DNA of 64,000 nt from Vicinamibacterales bacterium (GTDB lineage Bacteria > Acidobacteriota > Vicinamibacteria > Vicinamibacterales > 2-12-FULL-66-21): assembly GCA_035637115.1 (NCBI GenBank), contig DASPXV010000108.1, positions 6,386 to 70,385 of the forward strand, written 5' to 3'. The position numbers were made by a program, and so were the translations under genes. The notes beneath the pieces are model-generated. The model saw only the letters and a list, made by a program, of their open reading frames with translations. It was not told where the DNA came from and ran no database searches. Shown piece by piece: positions 36,822 through 46,131 of the stretch. The first letter of the stretch is position 1. Every line of letters starts with the position of its first letter.

Positions 36822-37842
36822 GCGCGCTCCACTTCAACGCTCCCGCGGCCGCGCGACGCGCATACGAAAACGGCAGCCATTCAGCGCGGTTTGTGATGGC
36901 GCGCATGTACTCGGCATCGGGCCAGAGATGCTCTCGCAGGAGCGTCAGCCGCTCGCCCCATCCGTTCGAGACCCGCAGGTCGAGCCACAATTCATCGACT
37001 CGTCGCGATGCGCGCAGCAGTTGTGCGCTCGGCTCGTGCGCTGCCGCATGCTCATGGAGCCGCTGCGCCAGCTCGTAAAGTCGCGGGCTGCCAAAATGCA
37101 TTTGGGCGCGCTGCAGCGCTGCCGCGCATACCGCAGTAATTCGTCCCGCCACCGCGCATTCAACAAACGCGTTCACGCCGGCCTCGTCGAGCGCCCGAAC
37201 GAGCGCGGCGATCTCGTAGAACCAGAGGAGCAGCGGATCTTCGCGGTGGTGTGCGACGACGTGAACGCAGGCGATTAAGAGCGCGTGCGGCAACGCGGGC
37301 CCCCACGCAGCGGAACCAAGCTCGGGAATCGGAACGGCGCTCGCCCGAAGCGTGTCCGCGCTCATCACGTCCCTGAACACTAACGGCGAGGCGATTCGCC
37401 AGTGGACGTCGAGCGCATGCTCGACATCCGCATCGTCGCGTCGTATGAAGTGGGATTGTCCGAGGATGAGCGTGCCGCGCACGTGTACCAGACGTTCGTA
37501 GCCGAGTTCCTGCAGCGCGCGGGAGGCGCGTTCCTCTTCTTCCTGCGCGATCACCAGGTCCGTATCCGATCGCGGTCGAAGCGCAGGGGATTCGTAGAGC
37601 ACATGCGCGAGGTGCGCCCCCTTGATGATGATTGGGCGCAGTCCCGCGGTCGCGAGCGCGTCAAGAACGCGGCGCAGTTCCTTTGTTCGTAGCAGGGACA
37701 GCGCCTCGTACCCCGCGAGCAGCGCTTTGAGGCGATCGGCGTCGGCGGGCAGCGCCTGCACGGCCAGCGCTGACCGCGCGAGCAGCGCGTCCACGCCATG
37801 CGCGTGCGCGAAGTCCAGCAACGCTTCTGTGTCGGCTTGCAT
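36724..37842 (-). CDS. uncharacterised nucleotidyltransferase family protein (NTP_transf_5-like)
   Basis: 372 aa. PIIIKGAHLAHVLYESPALRPRSDTDLVI ... LDVHWRI matches the pattern of the 'uncharacterised nucleotidyltransferase' family. As I recall, that family co-occurs with HprK-like kinases and PqqD proteins. Confidence 0.65.
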   Translation of the reverse strand: MQADTEALLDFAHAHGVDALLARSALAVQALPADADRLKALLAGYEALSLLRTKELRRVLDALATAGLRPIIIKGAHLAHVLYESPALRPRSDTDLVIAQEEEERASRALQELGYERLVHVRGTLILGQSHFIRRDDADVEHALDVHWRIASPLVFRDVMSADTLRASAVPIPELGSAAWGPALPHALLIACVHVVAHHREDPLLLWFYEIAALVRALDEAGVNAFVECAVAGRITAVCAAALQRAQMHFGSPRLYELAQRLHEHAAAHEPSAQLLRASRRVDELWLDLRVSNGWGERLTLLREHLWPDAEYMRAITNRAEWLPFSYARRAAAGALKWSAPTDGSGRREEPAGWRADSAEASASRAPSKTSL

Positions 37843-38540
37843 TACGCCCTCGGCGTGCAGATGAACCAGGCCTGGCTGTTCAGCAGCGATCGAGTGAGCG
37901 GAACGGGCGAGAACGTACGCCGCTCGATGATGAGGCGTTCGCCGATTTCACGTTCCACGTCGCGCCACTCGAAACCTTTATGTCCGTAGTACATGAAGGG
38001 TCCAGTGGCCCCTTCTCCGTCGTAGACGACCCGAGAGACCGGCAATCCAGCGACGGAGCGCGCCATCTCTATCGGCGAGTATCGCTCGCGATGAGCGTAG
38101 TCCCCGAGGCGGCGCAGACCGGCGACCGCACGAACGAGCTGTTTCCCGAGGACGCTCGGGCCGGTTTCAATTGGAACGCTGACGACGACGCGTCCGCCCG
38201 GCGCGCAGAGGGTTGCCAGCTCCTGAATGATATGCCGCCGTTCCGGCTCGAGACAGTGCTCGAGAACCTCCATGCAGGTGACAATGTTCCACGTGCGAGC
38301 GTCGGATGAGCCGAGATCGCGCGTGAGCGCGAAACTGACTCCGGGCAGATCGCCGAGGCGCGTGCGGCAACCTTCGATCTGCCCGGGCTCCACGTCTACG
38401 CCGCGGGTTGCGGCGAATGTCGCGTGCACCATCGCGACGAACGTCCCGTCGCCACAACCGTAGTCCAGCAGCCGCCCGCCCGCGTAAGGCTCGACCAGGC
38501 GCCGCGCCAGATCGAACCGGCTGCCGTGGCTCCAGGCCAC
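37842..38540 (-). CDS. class I SAM-dependent methyltransferase
   Basis: GRLLDYGCGDGTFV motif I; IVTCMEVLEH; PGGRVVVSVP. Confidence 0.75.
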   Translation of the reverse strand: MAWSHGSRFDLARRLVEPYAGGRLLDYGCGDGTFVAMVHATFAATRGVDVEPGQIEGCRTRLGDLPGVSFALTRDLGSSDARTWNIVTCMEVLEHCLEPERRHIIQELATLCAPGGRVVVSVPIETGPSVLGKQLVRAVAGLRRLGDYAHRERYSPIEMARSVAGLPVSRVVYDGEGATGPFMYYGHKGFEWRDVEREIGERLIIERRTFSPVPLTRSLLNSQAWFICTPRA

Positions 38541-38641
38541 GACGCGGCTCGGGCAGTGAATCTGCTTGCGCGCGTAGTGGCCTCCGGCGATCCGATCGGC
38601 GTCTACGCTATCGCTTTTGGTATCGCGAGTAGGAACGGGCG

Positions 38642-39805
38642 TCAGCTCCAGAGAGACGAGAGCAGGATGCGGCGGAACTGCGAGTGACGGAGGAGCGCCA
38701 GTGCGGACTGGCGATGCCAGTTGAAGTCCGCCGTCTGGCGCAGCAGCGGGACGATGCCGTCGACACGCGCGAGCTCGACGAGCGAATCGATCGCGCGATC
38801 GTTGAATCGCGACGCGAGGTGGCGGAATGCGAGACCGATGCGGATTTCCGCGCCAAGTCGATCGCGCCAGCGGTTTTCATACGCGCGAAGGCGCGTCTCG
38901 CGCAGGTCGTCGGCCTGCAGCGCGGAGTCGAGCGCCTCGGCGGCGAATTGACCGCTGAGCAGCCCGTAGTAGATCCCCCCACCTGTCGTCGGTTTCACGA
39001 GACCCGCGGCGTCCCCCACCGCGAGGACGCGCGTGCCGTACGTCTTCGCCACGGGACCGAGTGGAAGGATTTTCAGGCGCGGCTCCGGCCACGGGTCGTC
39101 GCCTGGAGCGAATCTCGCGCGGACGTCCGCGGCGAAGCTCGTGAAGAGCGATCCCGCGCGCGCGTCGGCCATCAGGCCAAGCCGCTGGCAGGGTTGCCCG
39201 TCACGCTCGAATGGAACGACCCACGCGAACCCGCGCGGCGCTCGTGCGCGCCCGAGATGCACTTCAACCTGCTCGGGGCCGGCGAACGGGCGCTCGAGCT
39301 GCGCGCTCTGCACGAAGGCGCGCGGAACGCCCAGGCCCAGCTCGCGATTGAAGCGATAGTTGGCGCCGCACGCGAGCACGCAGGCACGCGCGGTGATCGT
39401 GCCGGTCTCTCCATCCGCGGTGACCGTGACGGCGTTCTCCGAGATTGCAATCCGGCGCACGCGCGCGTCGCTGCGCAACTCCACGCCAGCCGCGCGACTC
39501 GAGTCTGCGAGCGCCTGATCGAAGCGTGCGCGATCGACGATCGCCGCGTTGACGCGATCCGCATCGACGAGTACCGAGCTCCCGTCGGGAGCGATGAACC
39601 GCGCGGCACGCGCGGTGCTGAGAATCGTCTGGCGCGGGATGTCGAGCTCGGAGAACGCCTCCATGCCAAGGAGGCCCGTGCAGTGTGAGGGAAGGCCGAT
39701 GCTGGCGTGCTCTTCCAGCACCATCACGTCGTGACCGCGCCGAGCCAGCTCGCGTGCTGCCATGAGACCGGCGGGGCCGGCCCCAATCACCAGGACGTCA
39801 CGCAA
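38642..39805 (-). CDS. geranylgeranyl-reductase-family FAD-dependent oxidoreductase
   Basis: DVLVIGAGPAGLMAARELARRGHDVMVLEE (dinucleotide fold); HCTGL; VLAVGDAAGLVKPTTGGGIYYGLLSG (GG-reductase family signature). TTG start preceded by GAGGAA. Confidence 0.8.
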   Translation of the reverse strand: MRDVLVIGAGPAGLMAARELARRGHDVMVLEEHASIGLPSHCTGLLGMEAFSELDIPRQTILSTARAARFIAPDGSSVLVDADRVNAAIVDRARFDQALADSSRAAGVELRSDARVRRIAISENAVTVTADGETGTITARACVLACGANYRFNRELGLGVPRAFVQSAQLERPFAGPEQVEVHLGRARAPRGFAWVVPFERDGQPCQRLGLMADARAGSLFTSFAADVRARFAPGDDPWPEPRLKILPLGPVAKTYGTRVLAVGDAAGLVKPTTGGGIYYGLLSGQFAAEALDSALQADDLRETRLRAYENRWRDRLGAEIRIGLAFRHLASRFNDRAIDSLVELARVDGIVPLLRQTADFNWHRQSALALLRHSQFRRILLSSLWS

Positions 39806-39843
39806 GCGTCATTCCTCAATAAGGGCCTCAATGCGGGCGCAGA

Positions 39844-40461
39844 TCAAAACTTGCGCCCGCGCGCTTCCCATGTGCCAAGCACGCTAATCCAAAATGACAC
39901 GAGAATCAATCGCACGTCGAGCCAGAACGATCGTCGGCACACGTAGATGCGATCGTACCGGAACTTGTGGCGGCGTGGAACGTCGCGCGGCGCGTACACC
40001 TGCGCCACGCCCGTGAGCCCCGGTCTCACCATGACGCGCGCGGCGAACCCCGGTACGTCTTCGAGGCGCTCGAGGAGGCCATCGCGCCCAGCTTCGATCT
40101 CACCGGGTCGCAGCGCGCGCGGCCCCACGAAACTCATGTCGCCGCGCAGGATGTTCCACAGTTGCGGGAGCTCGTCCATCGCGGTGGCGCGCATCATGCG
40201 GCCGATATTCGTCACGCGCGGATCGTCTGCAACCGCCTGGACCGCGCCGACTCCGGCCTCGGCGTCCGGTCGCATCGAACGAAACTTCAGCGCCATGAAC
40301 GTCCGGCCGTTGAGGCCTACACGGTCTTGCCTGAAGAACACCGGCCCATAGTCCTCCCATTTGATCGCTGCAGCGAACAGCGCCCATAACGGCGCCGATG
40401 CGATCAATCCCACGAGCGCGAGCGTGAAGTCGAAGGCGCGCTTCAACATGCGGATGGCCAC
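39844..40461 (-). CDS. priming polyprenyl-phosphate sugar phosphotransferase (bacterial sugar transferase family)
   Basis: KRAFDFTLALVGLIASAPL...FRQDRVGLNGRTFMALKFRSM...DELPQLWNILRGDMSFVGPRALRP; canonical WbaP/EpsB C-terminal domain. Confidence 0.88.
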   Translation of the reverse strand: MAIRMLKRAFDFTLALVGLIASAPLWALFAAAIKWEDYGPVFFRQDRVGLNGRTFMALKFRSMRPDAEAGVGAVQAVADDPRVTNIGRMMRATAMDELPQLWNILRGDMSFVGPRALRPGEIEAGRDGLLERLEDVPGFAARVMVRPGLTGVAQVYAPRDVPRRHKFRYDRIYVCRRSFWLDVRLILVSFWISVLGTWEARGRKF

Positions 40462-41555
40462 GGCGGCAGCACGGCCATCTCCTCGTAGAAGAGGCGCAGG
40501 CGCTCGCGGAGCCTCTCCATCGTGAACTCTTCCTCGACGCGCGCGCGACCCGCCGCGCCCATCTGCGCCCGGCGGTGCACGTCGTTCACCAGCGTATCGA
40601 TCGCGTTCTGGAGCGCGGCAGCATCACCTGCCGGGACCACCAGTCCCGTACGACCGTGCTGATTCACCCATGACACGCCGGTCGGCACGTCGGTGCTGAT
40701 CACTGGCTTGCCCGCGGCCATCGCTTCGAGCTGTACGTACCCGAACGCTTCCGCCTGCGTCACGGACGGCAGCACCAGCGCGGCGCATGTATGCATCAGG
40801 CGCCGAAGCTCCGCGTCAGGGATCTCACCGGTGAACGTGACGCGGCCGTTGAGTGCAAGCTCGCGTGCCAGTGATTCCCATGCGGAGCGGCGCGGTCCAT
40901 CGCCTGCGATGACCGCGCACGCACTACTGCCGGCCAGGGCGCGCAGCAGCACGTCAACCCCCTTGTAGTCGACGTGACGGCCGGCGAAGAGTACGAATGG
41001 ATCTGCCGCCGCCTGGGTCTCCTTCTCCGTGTGCCAGCAGGCGGGATCGATGCCGAATGGAATGACGCGCACTCGCGATTGAACCGTCGCCAGCGCGGAT
41101 GCGTGCATGCCGAGCGGTGGTGACGACACGACGAAGCGCTGCGCGCGGTTATAGGCGACGCGGGCGACCGGTGCGTAGAACAGCTTGTACTGAAGCGCGG
41201 GACGGACGACATCGCTGTGATACCAGATCGCGAGCGGCGCTTTTGGACGCGCGATCGCGTATGAAAGCAACGCCCACGGATTCGGCTCGTGGAGCACGAT
41301 CAGATCCGCGTTTGCACGCCGCAGCCGTGACGCAAACGCCGGCGCGATATGCACTGATCCGACTGCACCCATCGTCCCGACTCGGGTAACCGGGATTCCA
41401 GCGACCTCTTCTTCAATCGTGCGGCGTGAGGAGTTGGCGACGAGGACGTGACTGTCCACGAAGCCGCGGCCTGCCTGGCAGAGTGTCTCGAGCACGCGTT
41501 CCATGCCGCCATGGTGCGGCGGGTAGAACTTCCCCACGTGGAGCACGCGCATCAC
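40443..41555 (-). CDS. glycosyltransferase family 4 (GT-B)
   Basis: MRVLHVGKFYPPHHGGME; LPSVTQAEAFGYVQLEAMAAGKPVIST (E-x7-E region). Confidence 0.85.
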   Translation of the reverse strand: MMRVLHVGKFYPPHHGGMERVLETLCQAGRGFVDSHVLVANSSRRTIEEEVAGIPVTRVGTMGAVGSVHIAPAFASRLRRANADLIVLHEPNPWALLSYAIARPKAPLAIWYHSDVVRPALQYKLFYAPVARVAYNRAQRFVVSSPPLGMHASALATVQSRVRVIPFGIDPACWHTEKETQAAADPFVLFAGRHVDYKGVDVLLRALAGSSACAVIAGDGPRRSAWESLARELALNGRVTFTGEIPDAELRRLMHTCAALVLPSVTQAEAFGYVQLEAMAAGKPVISTDVPTGVSWVNQHGRTGLVVPAGDAAALQNAIDTLVNDVHRRAQMGAAGRARVEEEFTMERLRERLRLFYEEMAVLPPWPSAC

Positions 41556-42733
41556 GCGGGTTGCTCCGAAGCCACCGCCGCGACGTCGCCGGCGATGGCG
41601 CGATAGCGTTCGACGACGGCCGCCGTGTAGCGGGACCAGCTGAAATCCGCGGCACGAGCGAGGCCCGCGGAACGCCGCGCCTGCCAGGCGGCGCGATCGC
41701 GTTCGCGCTCGTCGAGCAGTTGCAGGATTGTTGCCGTCCAGCTGTCGATGGATCCGACGGGACAGTACGTAACCGCCATGCTGCCAATTTCCCGCAGAAC
41801 CGCAATGTCACTCGCGACCATTGGCGTCCCGCTGGCCAGCGCTTCGACGATGGGAAGACCAAAGCCTTCTCGATCCGATGTCAGCAGCGCCAAGGCGCTG
41901 CGCCGATAGACGGCGGCAAGCGTCGCGCGATCGACGAACGGCAGCACGTTGATCGCGTCCAGCACGCCCAGCTCTCGCGCGCGCACGCGCTGTTCGGCGG
42001 TGAACGGACCGCCGACGCGGGTCAGGCGCACTTCCGCGCGTTTGCGCCGCACGGCCGCGAACACCTCCAGCAGCACGTCTATGCGCTTGCGCGGAATCGT
42101 GCTGCCGACGTGCAGGAGCTCGATGCCGCGCCGCGGGCCGAGCATTCGCGCGGCTTCGACGTCCGCCGCCGCGTCGCCGTCCGGATAACCGCCCGTGTCG
42201 GAGCCGTTGGCCACGATCGACAGACGATCTTCAGGAAATGCCGCCAGCGCGATCAGCGCGTCTCTTGTCGCCTCGCTGTCACACGCGACGTGCGCAGCGC
42301 AGCGGAGCCCCGAGAGAATCCGCTTCGCCAGCATCCGGAATGCCCACGACCGATGTTCCTCCTCCGGCTGCAACACGGATCGAAACGCGTCGAGATCGTG
42401 ACAGGTCACGATTGTCTGGTTCGCGGGCAGACCGTGCACGAGGTGTGCGTAGCTGTGATCGACGACGTGGTACACGTCGAAAAGGGCGCGCGCCGACGCG
42501 AGGGCGCGCGGGTAATCCAGCAACCGTGCCATGACGCGATCGACCGAGCGCGCACCGGCGGTCAGGCGGCCGAAGCGCACCGGCATGGCCGGACGGATGA
42601 GCGTCGCTTCGACCGAGTCCGAGTGTTCGGCTGAAAGGTGCGCCATCAGCATGTCAGCAACGAGGTCCATGCTCGGCCAGCCCTCTTCGGCGTAGTCGGC
42701 GATGACCGCGACGCGCAACGGACCCAACTTCAT
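41552..42733 (-). CDS. glycosyltransferase family 4 (GT-B)
   Basis: Start set at MKLGPLRVAVIADYAEEGWPSMD (42733). LLTSDREGFGLPIVEALASGTPMVASD. Confidence 0.8.
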   Translation of the reverse strand: MKLGPLRVAVIADYAEEGWPSMDLVADMLMAHLSAEHSDSVEATLIRPAMPVRFGRLTAGARSVDRVMARLLDYPRALASARALFDVYHVVDHSYAHLVHGLPANQTIVTCHDLDAFRSVLQPEEEHRSWAFRMLAKRILSGLRCAAHVACDSEATRDALIALAAFPEDRLSIVANGSDTGGYPDGDAAADVEAARMLGPRRGIELLHVGSTIPRKRIDVLLEVFAAVRRKRAEVRLTRVGGPFTAEQRVRARELGVLDAINVLPFVDRATLAAVYRRSALALLTSDREGFGLPIVEALASGTPMVASDIAVLREIGSMAVTYCPVGSIDSWTATILQLLDERERDRAAWQARRSAGLARAADFSWSRYTAAVVERYRAIAGDVAAVASEQPA

Positions 42734-42746
42734 CGACCTTCGGCCC

Positions 42747-43895
42747 TCATGCGTGGCGATCCGGGAGTGACTCGAAGAACTCCAGATGCGCGCGTGCCAC
42801 CAGCGGCCACGAATAATGCGCGTGCGCGCGCTCGATGCCGCGCGCGGCATGCTCCCGTCTCAGGGTCTCGTCGTTCAGGAGTCGATCGATTGCCTCGCTC
42901 CAGGCACTGACATCACGCTCACGCACGATCGTGCCGGCATCCGCCACGACGAACGGCATCTCGCCGCTGTCGCTCGCGATGACCGGGATGCCGCAGGCCA
43001 TCGCCTCGATCAGCATGCGGCCGAACTGCTCGCGCCACCGCGGCGTAGCTTCACTGGGCGCGCACAGGACGGTCATCGCATTGAGCCACGCCGGCACGTC
43101 GTCGTGCCCGACGCCCGTCGCGATATGAACGTGCCCGGGATTCTCGCGCGCAAAGGTCTCCAGCGCGGGCTGCATCGGCCCGCCGCCAACGAAAAGCGCG
43201 CGCCAAGGCGTGCTGGCGCCGCGCAGCGCGTCGAGCAGCGTCGCGAGCCCTTTCTCAGGAACAAAGCGCCCGAGGAATCCAACGACGTGATCGCCGCAGT
43301 CCCAGCCGATGCGTGCGAGCGCCTGCCTGCGCGATTCCGCGTCCGGCCGAAAGCGATCGACGTCAAGCCCCGGAGGGATCACGCGGGACGGTTTGCCGGC
43401 ATAACCTTCGCGTCCGCGCAACGTCTCATTCACCGTCTCGCCGAACGCAATCCAGCCGTCCGCGCGCGACATGCTCGCGCGTTCGAGCGCACTCAGCGGC
43501 CACGGATACTGCTTCGATAAGTTTTGAAACGACGCGATCACGAGGCGCGCCTGCGGTGGCACGTGGCGCGCCACCTGCGCGCCCGCGGCGACGTACGGTT
43601 CTTCCCAGCAATGCACGACATCCCACGGCGCGTCGAGCACGCGATCGAGGCCGGCGTACCACATGAAGTGCGGCATGCGATCGAACCTGACCTCCAGCGT
43701 CTTCAGCCGGCTTGCTTCACCCGGCAGCGCCTGCGCCGCGACGCGTCCGAGATCCGCGCGATAATGCAGCGGCGCAACAGCCGTCACTTCCCATCGTCCC
43801 TTTCCCTGCACCGCGATTTCGTGCGCGAGCCGCCGGTTTGCAGCGATGACGTAGGAGTGACCGAGCGTGAGCAGCCGACGCGTACTGGCGCTCAT
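42747..43895 (-). CDS. glycosyltransferase family 4 (GT-B)
   Basis: CAPSEATPRWREQFGRMLIEAMACGIPVIASDSGE; N-terminal Rossmann-like half. Confidence 0.8.
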   Translation of the reverse strand: MSASTRRLLTLGHSYVIAANRRLAHEIAVQGKGRWEVTAVAPLHYRADLGRVAAQALPGEASRLKTLEVRFDRMPHFMWYAGLDRVLDAPWDVVHCWEEPYVAAGAQVARHVPPQARLVIASFQNLSKQYPWPLSALERASMSRADGWIAFGETVNETLRGREGYAGKPSRVIPPGLDVDRFRPDAESRRQALARIGWDCGDHVVGFLGRFVPEKGLATLLDALRGASTPWRALFVGGGPMQPALETFARENPGHVHIATGVGHDDVPAWLNAMTVLCAPSEATPRWREQFGRMLIEAMACGIPVIASDSGEMPFVVADAGTIVRERDVSAWSEAIDRLLNDETLRREHAARGIERAHAHYSWPLVARAHLEFFESLPDRHA

Positions 43896-45055
43896 TTGGA
43901 AACGGCGCGCACTCGGGAGAGCGCAGATTCATAGACGGCGAGCGTCTGTTCCGCCGTGGACCGCCAGGTCATTCTCTCGACAGCGGCGCGCGCCTTATCC
44001 GCGACTTGGCTGGCCTCGACGGGATTCTCGAGGACGCGGCGAACCGCTGATGCCACTGCTCGTCCGTCTCGCGTCGGGACGCGATAACCGGTTTCGCCAT
44101 CACGCACCAGTGTTGCGGCGCATCCTGCGGACGTCGCGATGACGGGTAGACACTGACTCATCGCTTCGATCACGACGAGCCCGAATCCTTCGTAGGTCGA
44201 CGTGAACAGCAGTGCATCGTGCCTGCGGTACTCCTCCATCACACGCTGCTCGGCAACACGATCGACAACAGTGACGAACGGCCGCACGGCGGCATCAAAG
44301 CCGGCGAGGACCGTCTCGGCCGGCGCACCCGGCCCGAGCACGGTGAGACGCACTTGTCTTCCATCGGCGTGCAATCGATTGAGCGCGGCACATACGTATG
44401 GCGTGCCCTTGACGTAATCCCACGTTCCGCAGAAGAGCAGGCCCGCGCCACGCGCCGCGCCGGAGAGGGGCGCGTCAGCGATGAAGCGCGTTGAAATCCC
44501 ATGGGGTATCACGGAAACGCGATCGGACGGTTGCCAGCCCCTGTCAACCGCGTACTGCCGGTCGACGTCGTTGATGACGATGAGCGCATCGGCAAGGCGC
44601 GCGGCGGCGGCGACCTGCGTGAGCCGGCTCGCCGGGTACCAGGCGCGCCGCAGCCACGACTTCGACCGCAGTCCTTCGTGGTGATCGTCGAGCATGCGCG
44701 CGTAGTTCAGGTGCTCGAGCCCATGCGAGCGGCATATATAGGCTGCGCGACTGCGATCGGGAAGCAGATCGAAGAGGCCCATGAACAGGCCTTCGGCGCT
44801 GGCGACATCGATCACGTCGTAGCGCTTGCGCCCTTCGCGCGCAACGATCGCGCGTCCCGCCATCCACGGCGACACGAGCTGGCGCACCTGACGCCATGCG
44901 GGGCGCACGCCGATGTCTGCAGACCACAGCACGTCGCATCTGTGGCCCAACGCGGCGAACTCTTCTCGAAGCTTGTGGGAAACCTTCGACGACCCGAGGC
45001 GCGGATCGTCAGGATAATCGCCAACCAACAGGATGGAGAGAAGGCGTGCCGGCAC
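43892..45055 (-). CDS. glycosyltransferase family 4 (GT-B)
   Basis: LFTSTYEGFGLVVIEAMSQCLPVIATSAGC. ATGA-type overlap with the next gene. Confidence 0.8.
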   Translation of the reverse strand: MPARLLSILLVGDYPDDPRLGSSKVSHKLREEFAALGHRCDVLWSADIGVRPAWRQVRQLVSPWMAGRAIVAREGRKRYDVIDVASAEGLFMGLFDLLPDRSRAAYICRSHGLEHLNYARMLDDHHEGLRSKSWLRRAWYPASRLTQVAAAARLADALIVINDVDRQYAVDRGWQPSDRVSVIPHGISTRFIADAPLSGAARGAGLLFCGTWDYVKGTPYVCAALNRLHADGRQVRLTVLGPGAPAETVLAGFDAAVRPFVTVVDRVAEQRVMEEYRRHDALLFTSTYEGFGLVVIEAMSQCLPVIATSAGCAATLVRDGETGYRVPTRDGRAVASAVRRVLENPVEASQVADKARAAVERMTWRSTAEQTLAVYESALSRVRAVSK

Positions 45056-45057
45056 GC

Positions 45058-46131
45058 TCAGTTCCGCCGGAGGCGCGACAACGTCACTGGCAGCGCAAAC
45101 TGTTCGTCGTAAAGACGGCGTCCGCGCGCGCCCATTTCGCGCCGGAGCTCCGGGTTGCGGGCAAGCTGCACCGCGCGTTCGACGAATGCCTCGTCGTCAC
45201 CCGCCGGAGCAAGCGACACGGCATTGCTCTCGGTCCACACCGCTTCTGTGAGCCGTCCTTGCGTCGTGATGACGGATACGCCGCTGGTGAGCGCCGCCAT
45301 CATCGACGTTCGCCGCGTTGTCACGCCATCGGGGTACGGCTGTACGAGGATGTGGCACGCGCGCAATGCCGCAGCGATTGCGACACCGTCTTCATCGGGA
45401 ACAACGTCGATGCGCTTACGCACGGCGGGGATGAGGGAACGCGCGAACTCGCCGGCGCCGCGTCCCGCCAGCTGCATGCGGGCGTCCGGCAAAGTCCGAA
45501 GGATTTCCGGGAGGACTCGCGAAAGCTCGCCCGCGACATGGTCGCCGTATGTGCCGAAGTGCCCGATAACAAGTGTGCCGCGCGAGCGGCCACGCGCGGC
45601 CGTCACTGCTTCTGACGCGACATCAACCGGAATGGTCGCAGGAATTGGAAGTACCTCTGCGTCCATTCGCGATCCGAATGGAGCGAGCAGTCGTTTCCAC
45701 GTTTCGGTCGAGTAATACACGCGTGTCGCTGACTGCAGCAGGAGGCGGGCCATTCCACGCTGAACGAGCGCGAACACATTTCGCCACGGACGGCTGAAAC
45801 CAAAATAGAAAAACGGCTCGTGGAACATGACGCGCACGTCCACGCCTCGCCGCCGGAGCTTTCCGATCCAGCGGCAGAACGGCACGTTCATGCCGCGCAG
45901 TCCGAATGCCGCGGGGACGTACTGGACCAGCACGATGCCGGGCTCTGATGCGATCGCAGAGTCGAGAACGTGTCGGCTTCGACGTCCGAAGCGATCGGGA
46001 AGCAGGTGTGGATGCCAGACGCGAACGCGATCGCCGCTCCGCTCGAGTCCGCCCGCGAGCAGCGCGGAGTAATCGCCCACACCGCCGCAGCCTGGGGGGA
46101 ATTCGGGCGCGAGCAGATGCCAGGTTTTCAC
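45058..46131 (-). CDS. glycosyltransferase (GT-B fold)
   Basis: The GTG at 46131 (VKTWHLLAPEFPPGCGGVGDYS...) overlaps the upstream stop (GTGA). C-terminal half: ILVQPYPDGVTTRRTSMMAALTSGVSVITT. The track's 480-aa N-terminal extension is Arg-rich and overlaps the upstream gene. Confidence 0.7.
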   Translation of the reverse strand: MKTWHLLAPEFPPGCGGVGDYSALLAGGLERSGDRVRVWHPHLLPDRFGRRSRHVLDSAIASEPGIVLVQYVPAAFGLRGMNVPFCRWIGKLRRRGVDVRVMFHEPFFYFGFSRPWRNVFALVQRGMARLLLQSATRVYYSTETWKRLLAPFGSRMDAEVLPIPATIPVDVASEAVTAARGRSRGTLVIGHFGTYGDHVAGELSRVLPEILRTLPDARMQLAGRGAGEFARSLIPAVRKRIDVVPDEDGVAIAAALRACHILVQPYPDGVTTRRTSMMAALTSGVSVITTQGRLTEAVWTESNAVSLAPAGDDEAFVERAVQLARNPELRREMGARGRRLYDEQFALPVTLSRLRRN

